The notes under the pieces: generated by a model
Database searches by the model: none
Seen by the model: only the letters and a program-made list of their open reading frames with translations
What the model was told of the DNA's origin: nothing
Origin: an uncultured Alphaproteobacteria bacterium
Lineage (GTDB): Bacteria > Pseudomonadota > Alphaproteobacteria > HIMB59 > GCA-002718135
DNA: 64,000 bases
Assembly (NCBI GenBank): GCA_902612805.1
Contig: CACMEY010000001.1
Location: forward strand, 138,805 to 202,804
Direction: 5' to 3'
In this document: positions 48,643 through 58,210 of the stretch, in pieces
Position numbering within the stretch: the first letter of the stretch is position 1
How the letters are laid out: each line of letters begins with the position of its first letter
Program-made: the position numbers and the translations under genes

Positions 48643-49788
48643 ATGAAAATAGGCGCAGTTGGTTTTGGGAGTAGGACAGCAGGTGTTTATAATGAATTTT
48701 CAAAAGTTAATCCAAATTTTGAAATGGTTGCTTATGTAGATCCTCAGCCATTAGGTAAAGATTTTGCTGAGAAAAATAATTTTTTTCCAAATAGATCATA
48801 TTCAAGCTTAAGCGAAATGTTGGATCAAGAGAAATTAGATATGTTAATGATTGGCTCTCCTAATCATCTACATTTAGATCATATTAAGCTTGGATTGAAA
48901 GCTGGATTACAAATTTTCGCAGAAAAACCAATAGTAATAAATGAACAAGAAACTTTTGAGTTAGCAAAATTAATAAAAGAATATGGCAAAGAAAGAATTA
49001 TAGTTGGATTAGTTTTAAGATATTCACAGCAAGCAAGATCTGTAAGAAAATTATTAAATCAAAATGCTATTGGAAATATAATATCGATTGAAGCTTCAGA
49101 ACATATAGTACCTTCGCACGGTGCTTTTTTTATGAGAAACTGGAGAAGAAAACAAAAATATTCAGGAGGCTTTATGCTGGAAAAATGTTGCCATGATATT
49201 GACTTCTATTCAATGATTACGAAGAGTAGACCTATTAAAGTTGCTAGTTTTGGTTCAAGAAGATCTTTTATACCCGATAATCTTCCAGAGGGTTCACATG
49301 AACAATATACAAAAGACAGACTGAAAGGTTGGGAGTCAAAATCAAATGTTTTTGATAGTGATGCTGATATTGTCGATCATCAAGTAGCAATAATAGAATA
49401 TGCAAATAAAGCAGTACTCTCTTTTCACACTAATATGAAAGTTCCAGACGAATTTCGAAGATTTGCAGTTATAGGATCTGCAGGAATGATTGAGGGAGAT
49501 TTTGTTAGAGGATTTATGAAAGCACATGATGAAAATAATAATGTACTTATTGATGAAGATTATGGAGCAGCTTTTGGAAAAGAAATTAAAGGTCATTATG
49601 GCGCAGATAGCATGATGGCTCAAGACATTAACAATTATTTATTAAAAAATAATACAGAATTACCTGTTGGTGTAATAGAATGTATGGAGGCAGGAATTGT
49701 TGCTATGAAAATTGACGAAGCTAGAAATACTGGTAAAGTAATTGACTTAACAAGCACTTGGGATAAATTCGACTCCTTATTAAATTAG
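48643..49788 (+). CDS. Gfo/Idh/MocA-family oxidoreductase
   Basis: Motifs MKIGAVGFGSR and FAEKP; 381 aa. Confidence 0.7.
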   Translation: MKIGAVGFGSRTAGVYNEFSKVNPNFEMVAYVDPQPLGKDFAEKNNFFPNRSYSSLSEMLDQEKLDMLMIGSPNHLHLDHIKLGLKAGLQIFAEKPIVINEQETFELAKLIKEYGKERIIVGLVLRYSQQARSVRKLLNQNAIGNIISIEASEHIVPSHGAFFMRNWRRKQKYSGGFMLEKCCHDIDFYSMITKSRPIKVASFGSRRSFIPDNLPEGSHEQYTKDRLKGWESKSNVFDSDADIVDHQVAIIEYANKAVLSFHTNMKVPDEFRRFAVIGSAGMIEGDFVRGFMKAHDENNNVLIDEDYGAAFGKEIKGHYGADSMMAQDINNYLLKNNTELPVGVIECMEAGIVAMKIDEARNTGKVIDLTSTWDKFDSLLN

Positions 49789-49793
49789 TAATT

Positions 49794-50693
49794 ATGAATC
49801 AAAAATTAAAATCATATACAGCCCAAACATATATAGCATATGCACTAATCGCTCCTGCTGCTCTTTATATAATTCTTATAGTTGCATGGCCATTATTAGA
49901 AACAATTAGACTATCATTTACAAATTCAAGCTTAGCAGGAGAAGATTATGTTGGTTTAGAAAATTATCAAAAAATGTTTTCTAGTAAAAAATTTAATGGA
50001 ATAGTGACCAGAACATTTGTTTGGATGTTTTTTTCTGTCTCTTTAAAACTTATTATTGGTTTAATTGGAGCTGTTTTACTTAATGCTAATTTAAAAGGAA
50101 GATCAATTTTCAGGGTACTTGTAATGCCTCCATGGGTAGTCCCAATAGCAATTGGGATGCTTGGCTGGTTATGGTTATATAACGGTTATTTTGGAATTAT
50201 CGCAGGTGTAGGTATGCGAACTGGAATTTTGGACGGTCCTTTTGGATTTCTTGCTTACAAACAAAGTGCCTTTATTTCTACAATCATAGCAGATGTATGG
50301 GTTGGAACACCAATGGTAACCGTTTTCTTTCTAGCTGCAATGCAGGGTGTGCCAAGAGATTTATACGAAGCTGCTTATTGTGATGGTGCTTCAAGATGGG
50401 ATAGATTTTTTAAAATTACATTACCTCAAATCACTCCTGTCATTATTACAATGTCATTACTATCTGCTATTTGGACATTCAACTCCTTTGAAATAATTTG
50501 GATATTGACTGAAGGTGGGCCAAGAGGTTCAACAACTACATTAATTATCGACACCTATAAGCAAGCATTAGGAAATTATAAATTTGGAAGAGGGGCTGCT
50601 AGAGCCGTAGTCGTAATGATTTTACTAATGTTATTTGCAGGATTTTACTTAGCTTTACTTGCTAGAATCAATAAGAAAATTTCTCATGAATAA
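49794..50693 (+). CDS. CUT1 sugar ABC permease, MalF/UgpA-type
   Basis: EAA loop EAAYCDGASRWDRFFKITLPQITP; 6 TM segments. Confidence 0.85.
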   Translation: MNQKLKSYTAQTYIAYALIAPAALYIILIVAWPLLETIRLSFTNSSLAGEDYVGLENYQKMFSSKKFNGIVTRTFVWMFFSVSLKLIIGLIGAVLLNANLKGRSIFRVLVMPPWVVPIAIGMLGWLWLYNGYFGIIAGVGMRTGILDGPFGFLAYKQSAFISTIIADVWVGTPMVTVFFLAAMQGVPRDLYEAAYCDGASRWDRFFKITLPQITPVIITMSLLSAIWTFNSFEIIWILTEGGPRGSTTTLIIDTYKQALGNYKFGRGAARAVVVMILLMLFAGFYLALLARINKKISHE

Positions 50694-51525
50694 ATATAAT
50701 CCTTTTGAAAAAATATTGATCTATTTTGGCATCTTTGTCTTCATGACTTTTATTCTTTTGCCTTTTATTGAAATGTTTTATGCATCGCTTCGACCCTTAG
50801 ATCATTTATTTCGCTCACCATACCAATTTTATTCAGATGATTTATCTTTTTGGGCTTATCAAGAAATGTGGAATACCGTACCAATGCTTGGAAGATATAT
50901 CTTTAATAGTTTTTTTCTGGCTTCCTGCGTTGCTATACTAACTCTTATTTTTGTTATTCCTGCAGCTTACGCATACGCACGTTTTAAATTTCCAGCTAAG
51001 AATACGAGCTTATACATACTCTTAGCAATTAATATGTTTTCAGGAGCAGTAATTTTAATACCTCTATACAAATTGTTAAGGACTTTAGGTTTATTAAATA
51101 GTTATCAATCTATGATTATTCCTGGGGTGGCTTTTTTAATTCCAACTGCAATTTGGCTGCTAAAGTCTTACTTTGAAAAAATACCAATAGATTTAGAAGA
51201 GGCAGCTTTTGTTGACGGAGCTTCTAGAGTACAAATACTCAGACACATCATAGCTCCTTTAAGTACACCTGGATTAGTTGTAGTTGGTATTTATGCATTT
51301 ATAGGTGCATATGCTCAACAATTTTTATTTGCGATTACATTTAATCAGAAAAAAGAATACATGCCAATTCCAACAGGGTTATATGAATTTATAGGATATC
51401 AAAGTGTTAAATGGAATGAAATGATGGCAGCTGCTTTAGTAGGAATGTTGCCTGTTTTATTATTATTTGTATTTTTACAAAAGTATATAGTTGAGGGACT
51501 TACCGCAGGTGCGGTAAAAAACTAA
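50686..51525 (+). CDS. CUT1 sugar ABC permease, MalG/UgpE-type, copy 1
   Basis: EAA loop EAAFVDGASRVQILRHIIAPLSTPG. I set the start to ATG 50686 (MNKYNPFEK) because it aligns residue-for-residue with copy 2 (MDKYNIYEK). Confidence 0.85.
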   Translation: MNKYNPFEKILIYFGIFVFMTFILLPFIEMFYASLRPLDHLFRSPYQFYSDDLSFWAYQEMWNTVPMLGRYIFNSFFLASCVAILTLIFVIPAAYAYARFKFPAKNTSLYILLAINMFSGAVILIPLYKLLRTLGLLNSYQSMIIPGVAFLIPTAIWLLKSYFEKIPIDLEEAAFVDGASRVQILRHIIAPLSTPGLVVVGIYAFIGAYAQQFLFAITFNQKKEYMPIPTGLYEFIGYQSVKWNEMMAAALVGMLPVLLLFVFLQKYIVEGLTAGAVKN

Positions 51526-51526
51526 A

Positions 51527-52366
51527 TTGGATAAATATAATATATACGAAAAGATATTATTATATTTGGGAATATTAATCTTTATGATTTTTATTCTTTT
51601 GCCTTTTGTCGAAATGTTTTATGCATCGCTTCGACCTTTAGATCATTTATTTAGATCTCCATACCAATTTTATTCAGATGATTTATCTTTTTGGGCCTAT
51701 AGAGAAATGTGGAATACCGTACCAATGCTTCCACGATATATTTTTAATAGTTTTTTTCTTGCCTCAGTTACTTCTATTATTACTTTGCTTTTTGTAATTC
51801 CTGCAGCTTACTCTTATGCACGTTTTAAATTTCCTTTTAAAAATTCTTCACTCTATATTTTATTAGCAATTAATATGTTTTCAGGGGCAGTTTTATTAAT
51901 TCCTCTCTATAAAGTATTAAGAACATTTGGTTTGCTAAATACATATCAAGCTATGATTGTTCCCGGTGTTGCTTTTTTAATTCCAACTGCAATTTGGTTG
52001 CTAAAGTCTTACTTTGAGAAAATACCAATAGATTTAGAAGAGGCAGCTTTTGTAGATGGGGCTTCAAGAGTACAAATACTTAGACACATCATCGCACCTC
52101 TTAGTACACCTGGTCTGGTAGTTGTTGGGATATACGCTTTTATAGGATCTTATGCTCAACAATTCTTATTTGCGATTACATTTAATCAGAAAAAAGAATA
52201 TATGCCTATCCCTTCAGGACTGTATGAATTTATTGGCTACACAACAGTCAAATGGAATGAAATGATGGCAGCTTCTCTTGTTGGTATAGCCCCTGTTTTA
52301 ATAATTTTTCTTTTTCTACAGAAATATATTGTTGCTGGACTCACTTCTGGGGCAGTAAAAAACTAG
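51527..52366 (+). CDS. CUT1 sugar ABC permease, MalG/UgpE-type, copy 2 (tandem paralogue)
   Basis: 279 aa, collinear with copy 1 with no indels. TTG start 1 nt after the copy-1 stop. Confidence 0.85.
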   Translation: MDKYNIYEKILLYLGILIFMIFILLPFVEMFYASLRPLDHLFRSPYQFYSDDLSFWAYREMWNTVPMLPRYIFNSFFLASVTSIITLLFVIPAAYSYARFKFPFKNSSLYILLAINMFSGAVLLIPLYKVLRTFGLLNTYQAMIVPGVAFLIPTAIWLLKSYFEKIPIDLEEAAFVDGASRVQILRHIIAPLSTPGLVVVGIYAFIGSYAQQFLFAITFNQKKEYMPIPSGLYEFIGYTTVKWNEMMAASLVGIAPVLIIFLFLQKYIVAGLTSGAVKN

Positions 52367-52441
52367 AAAAATACCCAAAAACTAACTTGCTTCATAGAGC
52401 CAGTTAATGTTATCTCTTTTTTATATTTAAATGGAGGAATT

Positions 52442-53653
52442 ATGAATTTCAAAAAACTATCTTCATTTCTTACAATTGCTATACTTTCACTAGTTGGTTT
52501 TAAAACTTATGCTGCTGAAGTACACGGAGTATTCTGTGGCGGTGAGCTAAGACCTAACTATGTTGAAATAGCTGATAAGTACATGGAAGACAATCCTGGA
52601 GTTACTGTAACTCTAGAGGCTGTTCCTTGGGGAACATGTCAGGATAAAGTAATCAATCTTGCAATTGCAGGTGATCCCGTTGCATTTTCATATGTTGGAT
52701 CAAGAACTCTAAAAGGTCTTGCAGAAAACGGACATATTTTAGAAACAAATATTCCTGATTCACAAAAAGCAATGTATCAACCAGGTATCTTAAATACAGT
52801 TACACATATGGGTAAAACTTGGGGTTTCCCTCATGCGTTTTCAACTAAAGCACTTTTCATGAATTGTGGTCTTTTAGAAAAAGCAGGTGTTGCATGTGAA
52901 GGTCCTCAAAGTTGGGATGAATTATATTCAATGGCTGAAGCTGTAACAAAAAATGTTGATGGAGCAGCAGGAATTGGACTAGCTGGTAAAGATTTTGATA
53001 ATACTATGCACCAATTCTTAAACTACCTATACAGTAATGGTGGACAAGTTATTGATCCAATGACAAATGAAATAACTTTGAATTCATCTAATACTGTTGA
53101 AACATTAGAATTTTATGGAAAGTTAGCAAACGTTGCTCAGGAAGGTCCTTTAGCTTGGGAGAGATCTCAGTTAACAGAACTATTTAATGATGAAAAAATT
53201 GCTATGTATATTAATGGACCTTGGGGTAGAGGTCAGCATAAGGAAGGTCTAGATGTTAAAACAGTTAGAATTCCAGCTGGACCACAAGGAAGCCAAGGTA
53301 CGCTTTTAATCACTGATAGTGTTGCAGTTTTCTCAAACACAGGTGTTGAAAAAGAAGCAATGGAATTAGCTAGCATAATCACATCAGGTGATTCTCAATA
53401 CAGTCTTGATACTGACTGGGGTCTAACACCAATTATGCAATATCCTCAAATTGGAAATGAAGCTCCATACAATGAAGATTATTGGATGATGTTTATTGAT
53501 TCTATTGGCGATGGTGGACCAGAGCCACTATTTGTAGACTACAAAGCTTTTCAAACTGTTATGAACTCTATGATCCAAGGTGCAATTCTTGGTGAAGGAG
53601 ATGCTGCAGATTTAGTAGCTGAAGCTGCTGAAGAGCTAGAAGAATACAAATAA
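52442..53653 (+). CDS. Periplasmic sugar-binding protein (CUT1 family 1 SBP)
   Basis: Signal peptide MNFKKLSSFLTIAILSLVGFKTYAA, SD GGAGG at 52433-52437, and less AT-biased codon usage. Confidence 0.8.
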   Translation: MNFKKLSSFLTIAILSLVGFKTYAAEVHGVFCGGELRPNYVEIADKYMEDNPGVTVTLEAVPWGTCQDKVINLAIAGDPVAFSYVGSRTLKGLAENGHILETNIPDSQKAMYQPGILNTVTHMGKTWGFPHAFSTKALFMNCGLLEKAGVACEGPQSWDELYSMAEAVTKNVDGAAGIGLAGKDFDNTMHQFLNYLYSNGGQVIDPMTNEITLNSSNTVETLEFYGKLANVAQEGPLAWERSQLTELFNDEKIAMYINGPWGRGQHKEGLDVKTVRIPAGPQGSQGTLLITDSVAVFSNTGVEKEAMELASIITSGDSQYSLDTDWGLTPIMQYPQIGNEAPYNEDYWMMFIDSIGDGGPEPLFVDYKAFQTVMNSMIQGAILGEGDAADLVAEAAEELEEYK

Positions 53654-53664
53654 ACAAAACTTAT

Positions 53665-53689
53665 TACTGGGGCAAACATTGCCCCAGTA
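53665..53689 (+). terminator. GC-rich hairpin after the SBP gene (11-bp stem, 3-nt loop), no U-tract
   Basis: TACTGGGGCAA-ACA-TTGCCCCAGTA, a perfect stem 11 nt after the SBP stop. CTCAACAAAAA follows, so it is an attenuator/stabiliser rather than a canonical terminator. Confidence 0.45.
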
Positions 53690-53705
53690 CTCAACAAAAA
53701 TTCTC

Positions 53706-54434
53706 ATGAGTAAATTAACAAGAAGTTATGCTTCTAAAATAAATACAATTTTAAAAAAAATTATTAAGGAAGAAGAAAAAAAATTTTTAGAATGTGCTAG
53801 ATTAATTAGTAATTCATATAAAAAAGGTGGTCAATTATATATTTTTGGTACAGGCCATTCTAGATTATTAGGGGAAGAATCTTTCCATAGAGCAGGGGGG
53901 TTTGCTGCTGCATGTCCTATAAGAGATGATAATTTAAGTTTTAAAAAAGGTGCAAGAAAAGCAACAGCATTAGAAAGAACACCTAATATTGCAAAAAATG
54001 CTCTAGCTAAGTATAAAATTACTAAAAAAGATATTTTGATGATCGTTTCAAATTCAGGTGTTAATCATGCTCCCGTAGAAGCTGCATTAATTGCAAAAGA
54101 AAAAAAAATTAAAACTATTTCATTAACATCAGTAAAATATTCAAAAAAGGCACCTTTATCGAAATTAAATAAAAGGTTATTTGAAATTACTGATATTTTT
54201 ATAGATAATAAAATACCTCCTGGTGATGCTATTATAAATATAAAAAATAATATGGTAGGACCTGCTTCCACAATTACAGGTTCATTTATTTTAAACTCAA
54301 TATTAATAGAAGTTGGAAATATTTTGAAAAATGAAAAATTATTCCCTTTCTATATTAGCGTTAATATGCCTAATGCTAAAAAAAATAATGATAAATTAGA
54401 GAAAAAATTTAGAAAAATTAATCCTCATCTATAA
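53706..54434 (+). CDS. SIS-domain protein (UPF0309 / SIS_2 type)
   Basis: Block LYIFGTGHSRLLGEESFHRAGGFAA...IVSNSGVNHAPVEAAL. I set the start to ATG 53706 because the ORF-track start 53679 lies inside the hairpin. Confidence 0.7.
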   Translation: MSKLTRSYASKINTILKKIIKEEEKKFLECARLISNSYKKGGQLYIFGTGHSRLLGEESFHRAGGFAAACPIRDDNLSFKKGARKATALERTPNIAKNALAKYKITKKDILMIVSNSGVNHAPVEAALIAKEKKIKTISLTSVKYSKKAPLSKLNKRLFEITDIFIDNKIPPGDAIINIKNNMVGPASTITGSFILNSILIEVGNILKNEKLFPFYISVNMPNAKKNNDKLEKKFRKINPHL

Positions 54435-54485
54435 AACTGGTAAGTTTATTTAAAATTGAAAAATTGCTATATAAAACATTTATAA

Positions 54486-55577
54486 ATGAATGATCAGCAC
54501 AAGATAACTGGTAAAATAATTAATCATGATTCTTCTTTTATTGGAGACCTATATTTCAATGAAAATATCACTGATATAAAAAAAAATAATTCTAATGATT
54601 TTGAAAATTTCATTCTTCCAGGTTTTATTGATTTGCATTGTCATGGAGGTAATGGATTTGATGTAATGGATGGATCACTATCAATCATCGAAATGTCAAA
54701 ATATCATTTACAGCATGGAACAACTTCAATAATGCCAACTACTTGGACTAATTCACTAGAAAATACTATTTCAGCATTAAAAGGATTTAATGAAATAAAG
54801 AATGATCATGCAAATATTCTTGGAATCCATTTAGAGGGGCCTTTTATTAATCCTAATAAACTTGGCGCTCAACCAAATTTAACAGAGAAACCATCTTTAG
54901 ATTTTATAAAAAAAATTCTTGAAATTTCTCATGTAAAAATAATTACTTTAGCTCCAGAAATTGATGGGATGCATAAATTTATAAATGATTTAGTAGATCT
55001 AAATATTAAGGTTCAGTTTGGCCACACCTTAGCAGATTTTTCTTGCTGTGAAAAAATTATGAAAGATCATGAAGTTGGTTTTACACATTTGTATAATGCT
55101 ATGTCTGGTAATGATCATAGATCTCCTGGAGTTTTATCAGCCGCTCTTTCAAAAGGAAAATATGCTGAAATAATTTGTGATAATATACATGTTAGTAAAG
55201 AAGCAATTAAAATTGCCAAAAAATGTATTCCTGGGTTGTATGCAATAACAGATTCTATTAACGCTAGTGGACTGAACGATGGAGAATATATTTTTGCAAA
55301 AAATAATATAAAAAAAGAAAATAATTCAGTAAAAATTAAGTCTGACGGTACTTTAGCAGGAAGTATTATTACTATGGATCAAACTTTTAAAAATTTAATA
55401 TCAATGGACTTTTCATTAGAAGAAGCAGTTGCCTTAACTAGTTATAATGCTTCTAAATATTTGAATCTAGATAGTGTCGGTATAATCAAAAAAAATTTTT
55501 TAAGTAATTTCCTTATTTTAGATAAAGAATTTAATCTTAAAGAAGTTTATTTAAGAGGAAAAAAAATTAATGTCTAG
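54486..55577 (+). CDS. nagA: N-acetylglucosamine-6-phosphate deacetylase
   Basis: Blocks PGFIDLHCHGGNGFD, HLEGPFI and GHTLA. Confidence 0.8.
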   Translation: MNDQHKITGKIINHDSSFIGDLYFNENITDIKKNNSNDFENFILPGFIDLHCHGGNGFDVMDGSLSIIEMSKYHLQHGTTSIMPTTWTNSLENTISALKGFNEIKNDHANILGIHLEGPFINPNKLGAQPNLTEKPSLDFIKKILEISHVKIITLAPEIDGMHKFINDLVDLNIKVQFGHTLADFSCCEKIMKDHEVGFTHLYNAMSGNDHRSPGVLSAALSKGKYAEIICDNIHVSKEAIKIAKKCIPGLYAITDSINASGLNDGEYIFAKNNIKKENNSVKIKSDGTLAGSIITMDQTFKNLISMDFSLEEAVALTSYNASKYLNLDSVGIIKKNFLSNFLILDKEFNLKEVYLRGKKINV

Positions 55578-56592
55578 TTCACAGGTTTTATCCGAAGCAC
55601 TTTCAATTCCAAATAAAATCAATCATTTTAGCTTGAATGATAAAAATAATTATCAAGAAATATCAAATTTAATATTAGAAAAGAAAATTGATTATGTTGT
55701 TACTGTTGCAAGAGGTACTTCAGATTGTGCAGCTCTTTATTTGTCTTATATGTTTGCAAAATATCTTGGTTTACCAACATACAGCATGCCTCCATCTATA
55801 ATAACTTTAGAAGAATCAAAATTTGATTTTTCTAGAGCATTAGTTTTCATCATTACTCAATCTGGAAAAAGTGAAGATTTAATTGAATGTCATAAAATGG
55901 TACAAAAAATGGGAGCAAAGACCATATTAATAAGTAATAATTTAAATAGCCCCATTTTAAAAACATCCAATTATTTTTTTGATATAAATGCTGGAGAAGA
56001 AAAAAGTGTTGCAGCAACAAAAACTTTTGTTTTGTCTTTATTGATAATTTTAAAGCTTGTTTTTAATACTCTCAATAAAAAAGATATTAATAAGTATATT
56101 GAAAAGCTAAGTGATAATTTAATTTTAGATAATCAAAATCAATGGAATTCAAATATATTAGATAAAACGATAAGTAATGGATATATAATTAGTAGGGGCG
56201 TTGGTTACGCAATTTCTAATGAAATATCTTTAAAGTTTAAAGAGTTATGTCAAGAAATGATAGAACCTTTTAGTAGCGCTGAAGTAATGCATGGTCCAAA
56301 AAGCTTGATAGAAAACTCATTCAAGTTATTTACTATATCACTTAGAGATAAAAGTGGTATGATAGTAGCAAAAGATTCTAGTCAAATAATTTCACTAACT
56401 AATCTTCATTATGAAATTACCTATGATGAAAACTCAAATACAAAATTAAGATATAAAACTAGTGAAATGATAGAGTTAGATCCAATTATAGTACTATCAA
56501 AATTTTATCCATGGATAATTAACTATTCTTTTGAAAAGGGATTAGATCCAGACAATCCTAGATATTTAACTAAAGTAACACAAACATTCTAA
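55570..56592 (+). CDS. Double-SIS sugar-phosphate isomerase/deaminase (AgaS / GlmS C-terminal-like)
   Basis: 340 aa with two SIS repeats (VTVARGTSDCAALY...ITQSGKSEDL and ISRGVGYAISNE). It overlaps nagA by 8 nt. Confidence 0.65.
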   Translation: MSSSQVLSEALSIPNKINHFSLNDKNNYQEISNLILEKKIDYVVTVARGTSDCAALYLSYMFAKYLGLPTYSMPPSIITLEESKFDFSRALVFIITQSGKSEDLIECHKMVQKMGAKTILISNNLNSPILKTSNYFFDINAGEEKSVAATKTFVLSLLIILKLVFNTLNKKDINKYIEKLSDNLILDNQNQWNSNILDKTISNGYIISRGVGYAISNEISLKFKELCQEMIEPFSSAEVMHGPKSLIENSFKLFTISLRDKSGMIVAKDSSQIISLTNLHYEITYDENSNTKLRYKTSEMIELDPIIVLSKFYPWIINYSFEKGLDPDNPRYLTKVTQTF

Positions 56593-56593
56593 T

Positions 56594-58207
56594 TTGAATA
56601 ATATTGATATAGCAATTATTGGTGCAGGCTCTGCAGGAAGTATAATAGCAAATAAACTCCTGAGAAAAACTAATTTCAATATAGCTCTTATTGAGGCTGG
56701 GCCAAAAGATAACAATCCTATTATTGACGTTCCTCTTGGTTATGGAATGACATTTTACAATAAAAAAATTAATTGGAACTTCTATTCAGAAAAACAAGAT
56801 AATTTATTTAATAGGAAAATTTATTATCCAAGAGGAAAGGTTTTAGGAGGCTCTGGCTCTATAAATGCAATGGTCTATGCAAGAGGATTAGAAACAGATT
56901 ATGAGAATTGGGGCAGTAATAAGGAATGGAGTTTTGAAAATATTAAAAAAGTATACAGTTCTATGGAGCAACAAATAAATGATGATAAAGCATTTCTTAC
57001 TAAAGAAAAGATCCCAGTAAATAATGTAAGTAAGTACCATCATCCAATTTTAGAATATTTTTTTAATGCTAGTAATGAAATTGGTATTAAAAAAAATACA
57101 AATTTAACTACATCAATTAAAAATCAAGTAGGTCATTATAATATTAATACTTACAACGGTATTAGACATTCATCATCAAAAGTATTTTTAAAGCCTGTAT
57201 TAAAAAATCCTAGGCTAACTTTACTAAACAATACTCTAGTAAAAAATTTAATAATTAAAGATAAAAAAATTATAGGTATTAAAATTAAAAATAAATCAAC
57301 AGAACAGATAATCAAACTATCTCATGGAGCGATTTTATGCTCTGGGTCAATAATGACACCTTATTTATTAATGCATTCTGGTATTGGTGATAAAGAGCAT
57401 TTAAAACAATTTGATAAAGAAATAAAAATTGATAATTCTAATGTTGGAAGAAATCTTCAAGATCATCTAGGATTAGATTATTTATTTAAAACTCATCATC
57501 ATTCATTAAATAAATCTTTAGGAACTTGGCCAGGCCGAATTACTTCTGTACTAGGATATCTTTATAATAGGAAAGGACCATTATCACTAAGTATTAATCA
57601 ATCTGGAGGATATATAAATTGGAACTCAAAGCATCATTATCCTAATTTACAAATATATTTTAATCCGTTAACTTATTCAATTACTCATAAAAATAAAAGA
57701 CCTCTCTTAAAAACTGATAAATTTAATGGTTTTATTATTGGTTATAATTCATGTCGACCAAAAAGTTTGGGTAGAGTTGCATTGCAATCTCCTTATTTTT
57801 ATGATGCTCCAGTGATTGATCCAAATTTTCTTTCGCATGAGGAAGATATATATGATGTTAAATGTGCAATAAATTTTTCTAAAGTTTTGGCAAATACAAA
57901 CAGTATAAAAAAAATAAGAAATGAAAGTGTTACGCATGATCTTTTAAATGCTAGCGAAGAAGAAATGATTGATCACTTTAAATCTAATGCAGTTTCTATT
58001 TATCATCCTTGTGGTACTTGTAAAATGGATGAAGATCCTAAAAAGGGAGTTGTTTCTGAAAGATTAAAAGTTCATGGAATGGAGAATCTTTGGATTGCTG
58101 ATGCATCTGTTTTTCCAAATATTACTTCTGGCAATATAAATGCACCTGTAATGATGCTTGCTAATCTTGGAAGTAAATTTATTATTGAGGATTTAAATAA
58201 AATTTAA
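56594..58207 (+). CDS. GMC-family FAD oxidoreductase (choline/alcohol/sugar dehydrogenase-like)
   Basis: Blocks IIGAGSAGS and GKVLGGSGSINAM, plus a C-terminal active-site region (IYHPCGTCKM, ADASVFP). TTG start. Confidence 0.8.
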   Translation: MNNIDIAIIGAGSAGSIIANKLLRKTNFNIALIEAGPKDNNPIIDVPLGYGMTFYNKKINWNFYSEKQDNLFNRKIYYPRGKVLGGSGSINAMVYARGLETDYENWGSNKEWSFENIKKVYSSMEQQINDDKAFLTKEKIPVNNVSKYHHPILEYFFNASNEIGIKKNTNLTTSIKNQVGHYNINTYNGIRHSSSKVFLKPVLKNPRLTLLNNTLVKNLIIKDKKIIGIKIKNKSTEQIIKLSHGAILCSGSIMTPYLLMHSGIGDKEHLKQFDKEIKIDNSNVGRNLQDHLGLDYLFKTHHHSLNKSLGTWPGRITSVLGYLYNRKGPLSLSINQSGGYINWNSKHHYPNLQIYFNPLTYSITHKNKRPLLKTDKFNGFIIGYNSCRPKSLGRVALQSPYFYDAPVIDPNFLSHEEDIYDVKCAINFSKVLANTNSIKKIRNESVTHDLLNASEEEMIDHFKSNAVSIYHPCGTCKMDEDPKKGVVSERLKVHGMENLWIADASVFPNITSGNINAPVMMLANLGSKFIIEDLNKI

Positions 58208-58210
58208 TTT

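Larger units (their letters stand above)
50686..52366 (+). repeat. Tandem gene duplication (two units of about 840 nt)
   Basis: Long stretches of near-identical DNA in the two units, for example ttttattcttttgccttttRtYgaaatgttttatgcatcgcttcgacc and the whole EAA-loop region. Confidence 0.9.

Noticed and set aside
50659-50685. ORF-track start at 50659 for MalG-type permease copy 1
   Set aside because: ATG 50686 aligns residue-for-residue with the start of the tandem paralogue.
53679-53705. ORF-track start at 53679 for the SIS protein
   Set aside because: That start lies within the 3' arm of the 11-bp hairpin. ATG 53706 (MSKLTRSY...) is preferred.
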